Below the pieces are notes generated by a model. That model was not told where the DNA came from. It was given only the letters and a program-made list of their open reading frames with translations, and did not search any database. Shown here one piece after another: positions 10,938 to 23,244 of a stretch of DNA of 64,000 bases. Each line of letters begins with the position of its first letter. Position 1 is the first letter of the stretch. The DNA comes from Eledone cirrhosa (taxonomy: Eukaryota), in assembly GCA_964016885.1 (NCBI GenBank), contig OZ024743.1:247690001-247754000 (forward strand), read 5' to 3'. The position numbers were made by a program, and so were the translations under genes.

Positions 10938-13565
10938 ATCTACTCAAGTGTTAAGAATTCTTTATATTTTCGGAAGTGTTCGTTGTCCGACCATATCTTA
11001 AACAAGGGAAAAATTGTGAAATTTCCCTTTCCGCATGTTGTGAAGTGTTCACTGCATGTGGTGTTTCTGACAGAGGGGTCTCTAATTTGTTGTTTATGTA
11101 CTCGAACTCTGTCATGTAGACCCGTTCCGGTTTCACCAATGTAGTATTCTTTACATTGTGGGCAGTATGCACAGTAAATAAAGTTTTTTGTTTTGCAATT
11201 CATGTTTGCATTAACTGTGAAAGACTGGTTGTTTTTAAAGGAGATTTGTCCACCCTCTTCAATGAGTTCGCAAGACCCGCATCGAGGGGCCCCGCATTTC
11301 TTAACTTGCATTGCTTTATTATTAGACGTAAATTTTGCCTTGGTAAGCAGTTTCTTTAGGTTGGGTGCTTGGCATCTACTATATATAATTTGTGCGTCTT
11401 TTATGAGTGCATTCATTTTAGGGGACTGCTGGAGAATCAGGAGATATTGTTTGGCGGTTTTTACAATGTTGAAGTTCCTTGGATTGTGAGTGTTGACAAA
11501 AGGCTTAACTGTTTTTTCCATTCTATTTTGTTGCTTTGTTTTTCTCAGTGTTGTCACTGGGATGTTCTGGGCTTTGGAGATGGTTGTGTTGATGAGGTTC
11601 ACCGGATATTCTTGTCTCTTAAGGAACTCTCTTAATTCATATAATCTTTTTTCCTGTAGTGTGAGGTGTGTTACTATGGTGCAGATGCGTCTTGCCATGT
11701 TAAAAGGAATGTTCCTTTTGGTATGTGATGGGTGTGCTGAACGGAAATTCAAGTATTGGTGTGTGTCTGTTAGTTTGTAAAATAAGTCCGTTTTGATATT
11801 TTCCCCTTCCTTAATGACAAGGATATCCAGAAACGGTAGTTCCTTTTTATTACATTCCATGGTGAATTTTATTTCTTCGTGAAGATTGTTTATGATGGAA
11901 TGGAATTTTTGAATGTCTTCTTGGCTTCTATTCCAGAAGATGAAGCAGTCGTCTAGGTAGCGTTTCCAGTTGTGATTAATGTAGGTGGCGAAGTCATGAC
12001 TGAATGTTTCCTGCAATTTGGAATGTAATTTTGCCTCCAGGTTGCCCATAACGAGTGTTGCATATGTTGGGGCCACTTTGGTACCCATGGCCGTTCCTTT
12101 TATTTGTAAATATAGTTCGTTATCAAAAAGGAAGTGATTGTTCTCCAGTACTAGTTTGAGTCCTTCCAAAATAAATTTTTTGGGGAATCTCTCTGAAATG
12201 TAGTCTGGATGTTTTGTAATCCAGAAGTCAACAGCTTCAACTCCTAAGTCGTGTGGGATGTTAGTATATAAGCTTGTTACGTCAAAGCTGACTAAGATTG
12301 TTTCTTGGTGTACTTTCTGGAGGATATAGTTCAGGAATTCCATATCATCTTTGATGCAGCTTGGCACTTTTTTACATAAGGGTTTCAGTATGATGTCTAA
12401 TAGGTTGCTTAGACGTTGTGTGCTTGAGGCTGGACCGGCAACAATTGGGCGTAATTTTAAATCTGTCGGTTTTGGTACTTCAACATATGATGTATTTTTG
12501 CCTTTTATGTTGTTTTGGATTTCTCTGGATTTGTGAACCTTCGTTAAACCATAGAAATTGCTGGTTTTCATTTCGAAGTTGGTTAAGTAATTGATTTCCT
12601 TTAGTGTGAGGTTGTTTTGGTACTTGGTCGTCAGTTTGCCTACTTTAATCATCGATTTTCTTTCTTCGTTTTTGCTGATTTTCCTGTAAAAGTCCTCGTT
12701 ATTCAGCTGTTCTAGGACCATATCCCTGTAGTGGTTTTTGTCCATGATGATGATTGCTCCACCTTTGTCCGCTTCTTTTATGATTATTGAGGAGTCTTTT
12801 TGTAGTTTGTTTAGTGCTTGCAGTTGGTCTGTAGGGATGTGTTTGTGTTTTGTCTCTGCAGTATTTGACTGTGCTTATCGTAGGAGGTAGGTTATGTAAT
12901 TCTCCAGGTGTTTGTCTCTATTTAACGGAGACCTGAAGTTCTTTTTCTAGACGTAATTTTTGACAAAAATCTTCTGTATCTTTTATAAGGTCAGCTTGAT
13001 CTGTTTCTGGAGTGGGTGTGAATTTCAGTCCATTTTCTAGCAATTTTATTTCCTGTTGTGTTAGTTTTTTTGCCGATATGTTGATTATTTTTGGTTCCTT
13101 TGGAGTTTTCTCGTCGAGTGCCACTTGAAGGGTGGTGTTTTTTTTCTTTTTTTCTTTCATTTGGTGGGAGGCACCTTGTTCTAAAAAATAATAATTCCCA
13201 TTTGAAGTAGCAGTGTTTCTGTTGTGGTGAAATGGTCTGTTCGCTGGCATTTCATGTTGATAATTTTCTGAACTGTAGTATTTTGTTTGGTGGTTGATAT
13301 ATGGGGGTCTAGTTCTTTGGTGGTTGATATATGTTGTTCCGTTCGGTCATCATATATCTTTGATTTTGCCGCTGGTAATTGTTCTTGGGGTTTTGATAGT
13401 AGTTGTATCTGGTTCTGGTGTTCAGTATTTGGTTTGTGTATAATTGTGTTTGGGATTCTTCGATTTCTGGCTGTTGTTTGTTTATTGTGTGAGAATTCTT
13501 CATTTCTTGTGTTTTTGTATATTCCCGAATTTGAGGGTTTCTTATGGGTTTGTTTTGGGGATTTT
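10938..13565 (-). mobile_element. Penelope-like retroelement (Neptune-like), frameshifted N-terminus, truncated 3' end
   Basis: N-terminal IINISAKKLT...LENGLKFTPTP; KEADKGG; RT and GIY-YIG domains in ORF 10940-12745. Confidence 0.9.
10940..12745 (-). CDS. Penelope RT + GIY-YIG endonuclease (601-aa open stretch)
   Basis: LRPIVAG, SFDVTSLYTNIP, GTAMGT, RYLDD, LPFLDI, HPSHTKRNIP; Cys-rich linker, then IYCAYCPQCKEYYIGETG...RVRVH. Confidence 0.85.
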   Translation of the reverse strand: MDKNHYRDMVLEQLNNEDFYRKISKNEERKSMIKVGKLTTKYQNNLTLKEINYLTNFEMKTSNFYGLTKVHKSREIQNNIKGKNTSYVEVPKPTDLKLRPIVAGPASSTQRLSNLLDIILKPLCKKVPSCIKDDMEFLNYILQKVHQETILVSFDVTSLYTNIPHDLGVEAVDFWITKHPDYISERFPKKFILEGLKLVLENNHFLFDNELYLQIKGTAMGTKVAPTYATLVMGNLEAKLHSKLQETFSHDFATYINHNWKRYLDDCFIFWNRSQEDIQKFHSIINNLHEEIKFTMECNKKELPFLDILVIKEGENIKTDLFYKLTDTHQYLNFRSAHPSHTKRNIPFNMARRICTIVTHLTLQEKRLYELREFLKRQEYPVNLINTTISKAQNIPVTTLRKTKQQNRMEKTVKPFVNTHNPRNFNIVKTAKQYLLILQQSPKMNALIKDAQIIYSRCQAPNLKKLLTKAKFTSNNKAMQVKKCGAPRCGSCELIEEGGQISFKNNQSFTVNANMNCKTKNFIYCAYCPQCKEYYIGETGTGLHDRVRVHKQQIRDPSVRNTTCSEHFTTCGKGNFTIFPLFKIWSDNEHFRKYKEFLTLE

Positions 13566-13574
13566 TATATATAT

Positions 13575-13726
13575 ATCATCATCTTCCACGCTAGCATGGG
13601 TTAGACGGGAGTTGTACCACTTGAGGCAAGGTTGGTTGGGTGACCGTGTCTCGCTCGTATAGGACTATCTGGCAGGCTTTCTACGGCTGGATGCCCTTCC
13701 GAACACCAACCACATTTACAGTGTGG

Positions 13727-13730
<4 letters not shown>
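13575..13730 (-). mobile_element. RTE-tail SINE / family B 3' module
   Basis: ttccacgctagcatgggttagacgg...tttctacggctggatgcccttcc. Confidence 0.8.
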
Positions 13731-13766
<36 letters not shown>

Positions 13767-13877
13767 AAATATTTCGTATCTCCAAAGAAATACAGTTTTA
13801 GGAAGCCGTAGCTATGCAAACACCGGGGGGGGGGGGCTAACGCCCTCTGGTGATGTCCAGCAGAAGCAAGGGGGACA

Positions 13878-13921
13878 ACCGTCTATGCATTTCAGGCTTA
13901 ACTGGCCTTCGTCAGGACGGT
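13878..13921 (-). ncRNA. Minimal type I hammerhead ribozyme, copy 1
   Basis: Minus strand: ACCGTC-CTGACGA-AGGC-cagttaa-GCCT-GAAA-TGCA-TA-GACGGT; intact core. Confidence 0.85.
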
Positions 13922-14209
13922 CCCTCCCACCGCTTGCGACTGCTGGACTAGAAGACAGCTGAGAATATATACTTTTCTTATCTGTGTAAATGAGGTGATT
14001 AATCTCATTTGCATATGAAGCTGCATAAGTTGGCTCAACTTATAATAAAAAAGAAATAGGATTTCGCTTCAAGCATAGCTTTATACAATATGTATAAATA
14101 TTTCGTATCTCCAAAGAAATACAGTTTTAGGAAGCCGTAACTATGCAAACACCGGGGGGGGGGGGGGACTAACGCCCTCTGGTGATGTCCAGCAGAAGCA
14201 AGGGGGACA

Positions 14210-14253
14210 ACCGTCTATGCATTTCAGGCTTAACTGGCCTTCGTCAGGACGGT
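14210..14253 (-). ncRNA. Minimal type I hammerhead ribozyme, copy 2
   Basis: Identical to copy 1, 332 bp away. Confidence 0.85.
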
Positions 14254-14298
14254 CCCTCTCACCGCTTGCGACTGCTGGACCATGGAGAGACCGTCCTG

Positions 14299-14341
<43 letters not shown>

Positions 14342-14344
14342 TAC

Positions 14345-15219
14345 AAACAGCAATATTGCACAACAGCGAGACCTGGGCACTGTGTGCAGAGGACCTGCGA
14401 AGATTGGAAAGAAATGAAGCCTCCAAGCTTCGCTGGATGTGCAATAGCAATATATGTGAACAGCAAAGTATAAATACACTGTGAGAGAAATTAGGCACAA
14501 GAGGGATCAGTTGTTGGATGCAGGAGAGGAGATTGCGTTGATATGGACATGTGATGCATATGAAGGGTGACAGCTGTATAATAAGGTGCAGAGCGCTCAA
14601 AGTAGATGGTAGCCATGGTGTGGGCAGGCCTAGGAAGACTTGGGATGAAGTAATAAAAGCTGACCTTGCACAATTACACTTCTCAAAGGCCATAGCATTA
14701 GACCGTGGCCTCTGATGCTATGGAGTTTTACAGAAGACCTGCCCTCTATTATCCTCAGGCTGAGGCTTATACCTAGTAGGCAACACCTTCCTCAACCATC
14801 TATCCCCTCTCATTCACCTCCCTTAGTGGTAACCATACCTCCCCTACTACCCTGTCCACATTTTCCCCCAAGCTTCCTCCACCTTCCGTAGTCCCAAAAC
14901 AAAAGTGCACAGGCTCCACTGTAAAGTGGCCATGTCAATGACCTGACAAAGGTGCCCGGTCCACACTGTAAAGCGGTCATGTAGGTGTCACAACAAAAAG
15001 TGTCCAGTCCACAATGTAATGTGGTCGTGTAGGTGACATGACAAAAAGCACCCAGCACACACTGTCAATGGGTTGGCATTAGGAAGGGCATCCAGCCAGA
15101 AACTCTCCTATATGAGCGAGGCACGGTCACCCGACCCAACTTGCCTCTAAATCGGACAAACCCGTCTTACCCATGCTAGTGTGGAAGATAGACGTTAATC
15201 GATGATGATGATGATGATG
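14345..15219 (+). mobile_element. RTE family B 3' fragment with long 3' UTR (about three 48-bp units) and (GAT)n tail
   Basis: TAILHNSETWALCAEDLRRLERNEA; GRPRKTW; aggaagggcatccagcc; acccatgctagtgtggaagatagacgttaa. Confidence 0.88.
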
Positions 15220-15454
15220 AAATATTCAATTTTAATTCTGTAGAGATTTTTGAAATTTCAAATATATATATATATATAATAACAGAACACACGCACTGTT
15301 TGGTTGGTTTTCGCTTCTGCATCGTTTATATCTCCATAGTGAGTGTGTTCTGTTATTATTTCTGGCAATATTATTACAACAATATGACCCTACCCAAGTA
15401 TAACAATATATATATATATATATATATATAATTATATATATATATATATATATC

Positions 15455-15728
15455 CCACTGCAAAGTGGTCGTGGAGGTGCCACGGCAAAAAAGCACCCAG
15501 CCCACACTGTAAAGTGGACGTGTAGGCGCCATGGAAAAAAAACACCCACCACTCACTGTAAATGAGGTTGGTGTTAGAAAGGCCATCCAGCTGTAGAAAT
15601 CAAGCCAGAAACAGTTCCCGTATGAGCAAGACACGGTCACCTGACCTGGCATTGCCCACAACAGGACAACCAATCTAACCCATGCTAGCGTGGAAGAACG
15701 GACGTAAAACGGTGATGAGGATGATGAT
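15455..15728 (+). mobile_element. RTE-tail SINE-like 3' module
   Basis: Two ~48-bp units, ggccatccagctgtagaaa, acccatgctagcgtggaagaacggacgtaaa. Confidence 0.8.
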
Positions 15729-15879
15729 AATATATAATTATATATATATATATACTGTATATATATAGGTGTGTCTATATATACATAAATATTTATATAG
15801 GTATGTAGATGTATATATGTATATATTTACATGCGTAGAAATATTTGTTGTGCTAAGAAATCACCATTTAGGATCCCAC

Positions 15880-18800
15880 CCCACCTCCACTACCTTCCAG
15901 TATACATGCTTGATGCTGTATGCTGGTCACTTCCTCGTGCATATAGCATCTTAAATCCAGGTAAGCTCAGAGCAGTCATGGGGTGGACGAAGGCTTCATA
16001 AGCCGTAGTGTAGGCAACCCGTCTAGGAGAGCTACCACTCCGAATAAATTGGTGCAGGGTGGAGAAGCCCCCTAGGTCCAGTAAGACGACTACCCTAGTG
16101 CTGGTGGCACGAATAGAAGCTCCTGGTCCATGTTGTAAAATGTAGGAAATGGAAGTAGCATTCAGCCATTAAAAACCATGCCAAAGTAATGGGGTGGAGA
16201 GGGCCCCTGAGTCCAGTAAGACAACCTCTCTAGTGCTGGTGGCATGAATAAAAGTACCCAGTCCATGCTGTAAAGTGGTGCTGGTGATAGGAAGGGCATC
16301 CAATCAGTATATCAATGCCAAAAAAAATTACGAACACAACAGACAAGTATTGCAATAACTGCGTAAACAGCAATAACACTAACCATGTTAGGGCTGCACA
16401 TGGTAGTGAGGTGGTGGCTGGTGCGGCCATGTGCGAGAACTCCCTGACCACCATCAAGCAATTGCACAACAACAACAACAACAGTAATAATAATGATGTT
16501 AATGATTCTAAATATTTTTCTTTGCAGAGAAGGAAAAAATCAACGGAAGATGTCGCCTCTCAGGGTTGCCACACTTAATGTTGACACCCTGAGAGATAGA
16601 TCTGGTGAGATAGTGGAGATGCTAGAGAGAAGACATGTGGATGTGTGCTGCATGCAAGAGGTGAGATGGAGAGGGGCCTCGGGCAAACAGCTTAGCTATA
16701 AGCTTCTCTGGGTAGGAAATGATGATGGGTTAGGTGGGGTGGGCATTTTACTGACCGAGAAGTGGATGAACAAGACAATAGAGGTAATTAGAGTAAGTAA
16801 TAGTATAATTAAGATTAGATTAGTTGTAGGCAATAGACTGCTGACAATTATCTCTACCAATGCTCTCCAAGTGGGGCTAGGTAAAGAAGAGAAGGACTGC
16901 TTTTATGACCAACTTCCAGAGACAACCATAATGACAGAGGACAGAGACCTAGTTATACTAGCAGGTGACTTCATTGGTCATGTTGGATAGCTCCAGGATG
17001 GATACACTGGAGTACAGAGTGGTCATGGTTATGGCGCAAGAAACGAAGCAGGAGTGAAGCTTCTTGAATTTTGTGATGCAACCATTTGCAACACTAACTT
17101 CAGGAAACCTGCCAACCACCTAATAACCTACCAATCAGGTTAGCACATAAGCCAGATTGACTTCTTGCTAATTAGGCAATGAGACAGGCAGATGGTTTCA
17201 AATACTAAGGCATACCCTAGGGAAGAATAACCCCCCCCCCCCCCCCCCCAACATAGGTTAGTTCTTAGTGACATCTCAATAAGCAAGAGACAGAATGAGA
17301 AACAAAGGAAGGTCTGGAAGCTAAAAGACCTTTCACTTATATATAAATTTAGGAAAGCTCTCCAAGATGTGTATGATGAGAAAGAAGACAAATTAGAATT
17401 GTATGACATAGAAGATAACTGGAAGTTCTTACGTGACAACTTACTGCAAGCAACTGAATAGACTTGTGGCTGGAGCAAAGCTCCAACCAGACAGGGTGAC
17501 TTGGTGGTGGAACAGCACGGTAGATAGAGCCATTAAAGACAAAAGACAAGCATGGAAGGATTGGAAAAATAGGGGGAGTAGAGACCGATACTCAGCCACT
17601 AAAAGAGGGGCTAGATGTCAGGTATACTTAGCACGCAGGGAAGCTGAAAACAGGAAGTTTGCCAATGTTCTGCGATGAGAGGATCAGAGACGTGAGGTGT
17701 TCCGCACTGCAAGGCAGTGTGTCAGTGTAAATTAAGATGCTGGAGATAAGTATGTCCGAAATGATGCTGGTGCATTTAGTGTCACTGATGCTCAGAAAAA
17801 TGAGGCCTGGAAATGTCATTATATACAAGCCATGTATAAAGAAACAGTCAGCAAGGTTAGAATTAACGAGGAATATAGTGAAGAATTTAGCATAAAAGTT
17901 GGTGTTCATCAAGCTCTGTCCTTAGCCCCTCCTGTTTATTATTGCCCTTCAGACTATAACAGAGGAGTTTAAGACCGGCTGCCTATGGAAACTTCTATAC
18001 ACAGATGATCTAACTCTCATAGCTGAATCTATGGCTGAACTAGAGAAGAAATTCCAAACATGGAAGTATGACCTAGAACCAAAGGCCTTAAAGTTAACTT
18101 GTTTAAGATTAAAGTTCTAGTATGTAGAAAACAAAATAGGGCACAGATGCCCTCTGGGAAATGGCCATGCTCAGTGTGTAGGAAAGGAGTAGGTAGAAAT
18201 TCCATTTTATGTCCCAAATGGAAATTATGAGTACATAAAAGATGTAGTGGGATCACAGGTAAGCTATCTAAGAACGTAGATTTTATATGTGGCCGATGCT
18301 CAGGTGCAATAAATAGCAAGTGCCCACAGGATACTAGCACCTTCTACTGCCCAGATGGTTCTATAGAAATAGTGGACACTTTCTGTTACCTGGGTGACAA
18401 AATCAGCAGTGGTGGAGGGTGCTCTGAGTACAGTAGACAGAGTTAGAACGGGATGGAAAAAGTTCAGAGAGCTTAAACCACTGTTGGCCACAAAAGGTTT
18501 CTCTCTAAAAATGAAAGGCAGATTGTATGATGCTTGTATACGAACAGCAATGTTACATGGCAGTGAGACATGGGCATTGTGGGCAGAGGATCTACGCAGA
18601 CTGGAAAGGATCGAAGCATACATGCTCCGTTGGATGTGTAATAGTAATATACACAAACAGCAAAACATAAATGAACTAAGTGAGAAATTAGGAATAAGAG
18701 GGATCAGATGCTGTTTACTCGAGAGAAGATTACGTTGGTATGGTCACGTGATGCGCATGAAAGATGACAGCTGTATAAAAAAAGTGCAGGGCGATCAAAA

Positions 18801-19350
18801 TTGATGAAAGTTAAGGAATAGGTAGACCCAGAAAAACCTGGGACGACATGATAAATTCCGACCTTGCACACTTGCACCTCTCTAAAACAATGTCACTGGA
18901 TCGAGATTTTTGCTGCCATGCAGTAATACAGAAGACCTGCCTTTCCTACCTGAAAAGTTAACCTACAGTCAGTAGGCCCCTCCAAACCAAAATACACCCC
19001 AACCCACTACCCCTACTCCATCCTCCCACTCCCGCCAACACCACCCTTTCTCTATAAAATTATATTGGTACCACAACATCCAGTCCAAACTAATGAGGTG
19101 TAGGTATCATGACAAAAAAACACACAGTCCACGCTGTAATATGGTCGTGTAGGTAACACAATAAAAAGCTCCGTCAATACTGTAAATGTGGTTGTTGTTA
19201 GGAAGGGCATGCAGCCGTAGAAAACCTGCCAGATACAGTCCTATATGAGTGAGACATGGTCACCCAATCAATCTTGCTTCAAGTGGGACAATTCCCGTCT
19301 AACCCATGTTAGCGTGGAAGATAGATGTTAAACGATGATGATGATGATGA

Positions 19351-19352
<2 letters not shown>
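15880..19352 (+). mobile_element. Chimeric RTE LINE: family A 5' UTR/APE joined to family B RT and 3' end
   Basis: APE LRVATLNVDTL..CCMQEVRW..AGDFIGHVG; 17300-17820 matches 6950-7480; from ~17822 matches 1492 onward; ends in family B tail with (GAT)n. Confidence 0.85.
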
Positions 19353-19399
<47 letters not shown>

Positions 19400-19504
19400 C
19401 TTGATCACCTTGACCGACCAGTCTGTCGAGCGCCAATCAGCGCCGCTGGCCACAGCATGTCATGCTGTTTTAACCATAAGATAACGCCATCCCATGTATA
19501 TATA

Positions 19505-20364
19505 TATGAGAGTGAATCTAGCTAAGACAAAAGTGTTGATGAGTAGAAAAGAGGACAAAACCTTGATTCCGTCAGGGAAATGGCATAAATTCTATAAAAT
19601 GCACAGAATGCAGATCCTGGGTACACAAGAGATGTAGCGGGATAGCAGGCAAATTAACAGGTAGGGAGAAATATGTATGCAGTAGATGTACAGGGAAATT
19701 AGACAGTAGAAGTCACATTGATAGACACATTTTTCAGATGCAGGAGGGCGCTATAGAAGTGGTGGATAGCTTCCGGTACCTAGGAGATCAGATTAGCATG
19801 GGAGGAGGGTGTTCCGAGGCCATAGTATCTAGAATAAGGACGGGTTGGAAGAAGTTTAGGGAGCTGCTTCCTCTGTTGACGAAGAAGGGTTTCTCCCTGC
19901 GTACGAAAGGCCGGCTGTATGATGCCTGTGTGAGGAGCGCGATGCTGCATGGTAGTGAGACATGGGCAGCAACTGCAGAGGATATGCGACGGCTGGAGAG
20001 AAATGAGGCAAGCATGCTCCGTTGGATGTGCAGTGTAAATGTGCGTGAATGACCCAGCATAAATGTTTGAGAGAGAAACTGTGTCTGAGAGGGATAGAAT
20101 GTAGTGTACGGGAGAGGAGACTGAGGTGGTATGGACATGCGATGCGCATGGAGGATGACCAATGGGTGAAGAAGTGCCAGGAAATGCCAGTTGAAGGAAG
20201 ACGTGGTAGAGGTAGACCACAAAAAACATGGGCGGAGGTGGTGAGAACAGACCTCAGATCATTGAAGCTCACGGTGGAGATGACGAAGGACCGTGACGAG
20301 TGGAGAGATGCTGTGCTGAATAAGACCCGTCCCACCCTTGCAAGCAGGGAAAAGCGGACATGAA

Positions 20365-20402
<38 letters not shown>
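19505..20402 (+). mobile_element. RTE family A 3' fragment
   Basis: VVDSFRYLGD, MLHGSETW, KTRPTLASREKRT, (GAT)n tail. Confidence 0.9.
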
Positions 20403-20403
<1 letters not shown>

Positions 20404-20624
20404 TATCGCCACCGACGAATGTGAGAAAGTTCTCCAGGAAAGTTAACCAGGAATCTTTAAAAAATCTCCCCACTGAAGTTAACAAAGAACTTACTAGATC
20501 TACCAAGTGGATTTTAAAATTATAATATATTATAAAATTAAATTAAATTGTTTAGAACTACAAATGAAGTTCTTTTTTTCCTTTTTTAGATTATACACAC
20601 ACACAAACACATATATATATATAT

Positions 20625-21190
20625 AGACTGGAGGTAGACACGCTCAATTAACTCTCCAAATGCATGTTTTAGTATGACTGCGAAAAAGGTGCCAAACAGA
20701 GTGGGGGCTAACATGCAGTCCTGCTTCACACCACTGCATATATTAAATGCTTCCAAAGAAGAGTCATCAAGTTGAACGATACCCTTTATATCTGCATGAA
20801 ATGACTGGACAGCCAATTCTGGCAAGGATCTTGAGCAGGCCATCTCTACTATCTAGATTGAATGCCTTCATCAGTGGTTGATTTGCTCTTGGCATTTCTG
20901 TAGCTGTCGAAGGGAGAAGGTCATTTCGATGATGGAGCATTCTGACCTGAAACCACACTGAGATTTGGGGTATACACTTTCACTGATTTTCTGTAGTCTG
21001 TTCAGGCCCACGTGGGCAAAGACCTTCCCAACAATACTTAGCAGCGAGATGCCTCGGTAGCTATTGCAGTTGCTTCTGTCCCTTTGTTCTTATAGATTGT
21101 GACAATATTGCAGTCTCTCATGTCTTGCAGGACTGTTCCCTCTTCCCAGCACTGACACAGTAGTTTTAACAAGTGGCTAAGTAGCACTTC
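20625..21190 (-). mobile_element. BovB-like RTE RT fragment
   Basis: CWEEGTVLQDMRDCNIVTIYKNKG, YRGISLLS, SGVKQDCMLAPTLF. Confidence 0.8.
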
Positions 21191-23233
21191 CTTTGAAGAG
21201 CTATTATGAAAGATTACTGAATGAGGGGAATGAATGGGAGAAAGAGACCTTTCCCCAAGTGGACCCCATAGAAGGCCCAACAATACAAGTTAGTAGCAGT
21301 GTAGTTAGTAAGGCAATTAAGGATATGAAAACTGGGAAAGCAGCCAGTCCATCAGGAAGAGTTGCTGAGATGCTGAGAGCATCTAGGTCGGCAGGTCACA
21401 CGATAACCATACGTATCGTTAACCAAGTAATACTAGATGGCATCATACCAAATGATTGGCACAGCAACATCATTGTCAACTGCTACAAGGGTAAAGGAGA
21501 TGCACTAGATAGAGGTAACTGTAGAGGTATAAAGCTGATGGACCAAGTCATGAAAGTAACAGAAATAGTTATAGCACAGTTGATTAGGGACCGGGTAAAA
21601 TTAGGTGAGATGCAATTTGGGTTTGTGCCAGGAAAAGGCACCACTGATGCCCTCTTCCTTGCGAGGCAGTTACAGGTAAAGTACCTAGCTAAAAGTAAGC
21701 TGCTCTATATGGCACTTGTCTATCTGGAAAAAGGCTTTGACAGAGTATCTCATGCTATAATCTGGTGGGGTCTTAGAAAACTAGGAGTAGAGGAGTGGCT
21801 TCTGAAGTCTGTACAAGCCATGTATAAGGAAGCAGTCAGCAAAGTTAGGGTTAACAATGACTATAGCAAGGAATTTAGCATACAGGTTGGCATCCACCAG
21901 GGCTCTGTTCTTAGCCCTCTTCGGTTTATTATCGTATTGCAGGCTATAAAAGAGAAGTTTAAGACAGGATGCCCATGGGAACTTTTGTACATAGATCTAT
22001 GGTGGAATGAGAGAAGAAATTCCAAACATGGAAGCAGTGCCTAGAAAGAAGGGGTCTCAAAGTTAACCGGACAAAGACTAAGGGCCTCGTAAGTAGAAGA
22101 AAAAACAGAACCCAGATCCCTTCAGAGAAATGGCCTTGCTCAGTATGTAGGAAAGGTATAGGTAGAAATTCCATCCTCTGCCCCAAATGCAAACTATGGG
22201 TACACAATAGATGTAATGGGATCTCAGGCAGTTTAGCTAAGAATGTAGGCTTTACATGTAGCAGCTGCACTGGGGCAGCAAGCAGGAAACGACCACAGGA
22301 AACAAGCACTACCAAATTCTGGGAGGGCTCAGTAGAAACAGTAGACAGCTTCTGCTATCTAGGTGACTGAATTAGCAGTGGAGGGGGGTATTCTGAAAGT
22401 ACAGTAACCAGAGTAAGAACAGGATAGGAGAAGTTCAGGGAGCTACTACCACTACTAGCTGCAAAAGGTTTTCCCCTCAAAATTAAAAGCAGACTGTATG
22501 ATGCTTGCATACGAACAACAATGGTGCATAGCAGTGAGACCTGAGCATTGTGTGCAGAAGACTTGCATAGATTAGAAAGAAAAGAAGCTTGCATGCTCAG
22601 ATGGATATGTAATAGTAATATACGTGAACAGCAAAGCATAAACGAATTGAGAGAGAGACTAGGCATAAGAGGTATCAAATGCTGTGTGCAGGAGAGGAGA
22701 TTATGCTGGTATGGACAGGTGATGCATAGGAAGGATGACAGCTGCATAAAAAGGTGCAGAGTACTAAACGTCGATGGAAGCCTTGGAGTGGGGAGACCTA
22801 AGAAGACCTTGGATGAGGTGATAAAAGCTGATCTTGCCCAATTGTACCCCTCAAAAGTGATGACACAGGACTGAGAGCTCTGGCATTACGCCGTAATACA
22901 GAAGACCTGACTTCCCACGAGAACAAACCGAAGCTGAAGCCTATAGACAGTATTTCCCCACCCCTTCTAAAGTGGTCATGTAGGTGTTACAGAAAAAAAA
23001 TCACCCACACCTCACTGTAAAGGGGTCGTATAGGCTCCATCGTAAAAAGACATCCAGTACTCACTGTAAATGAGGTTGGTGTTAGAAAGAGCATCCAGCT
23101 GTAGAAACCAAGCCAAAATCAGTTCTGTATGAGCAAGACATGGTCACCTGAACTGGCATTGCTCACAACAAGACAATTCATCTAACCCATGCTAGCGTGG
23201 AAGAATGGACGTAACACGGTGTTGATGATGATG
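21190..23233 (+). mobile_element. RTE LINE (family B-related), 5'-truncated, degraded
   Basis: ORF 21193-22044 RT motifs; WPCSVC...PHD-like; RRLCWYG; 3' module and tail. Confidence 0.9.
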
Positions 23234-23244
23234 ACAGTGACTGA

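Larger units (their letters stand above)
13762..14303 (-). mobile_element. Two-hammerhead retrozyme-like tandem (~332-nt monomer)
   Basis: ~190-bp near-identical direct repeats 13762-13948 / 14091-14280, each with a hammerhead; short inverted flip at 14289-14303; (TA)n on both sides. Confidence 0.78.
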
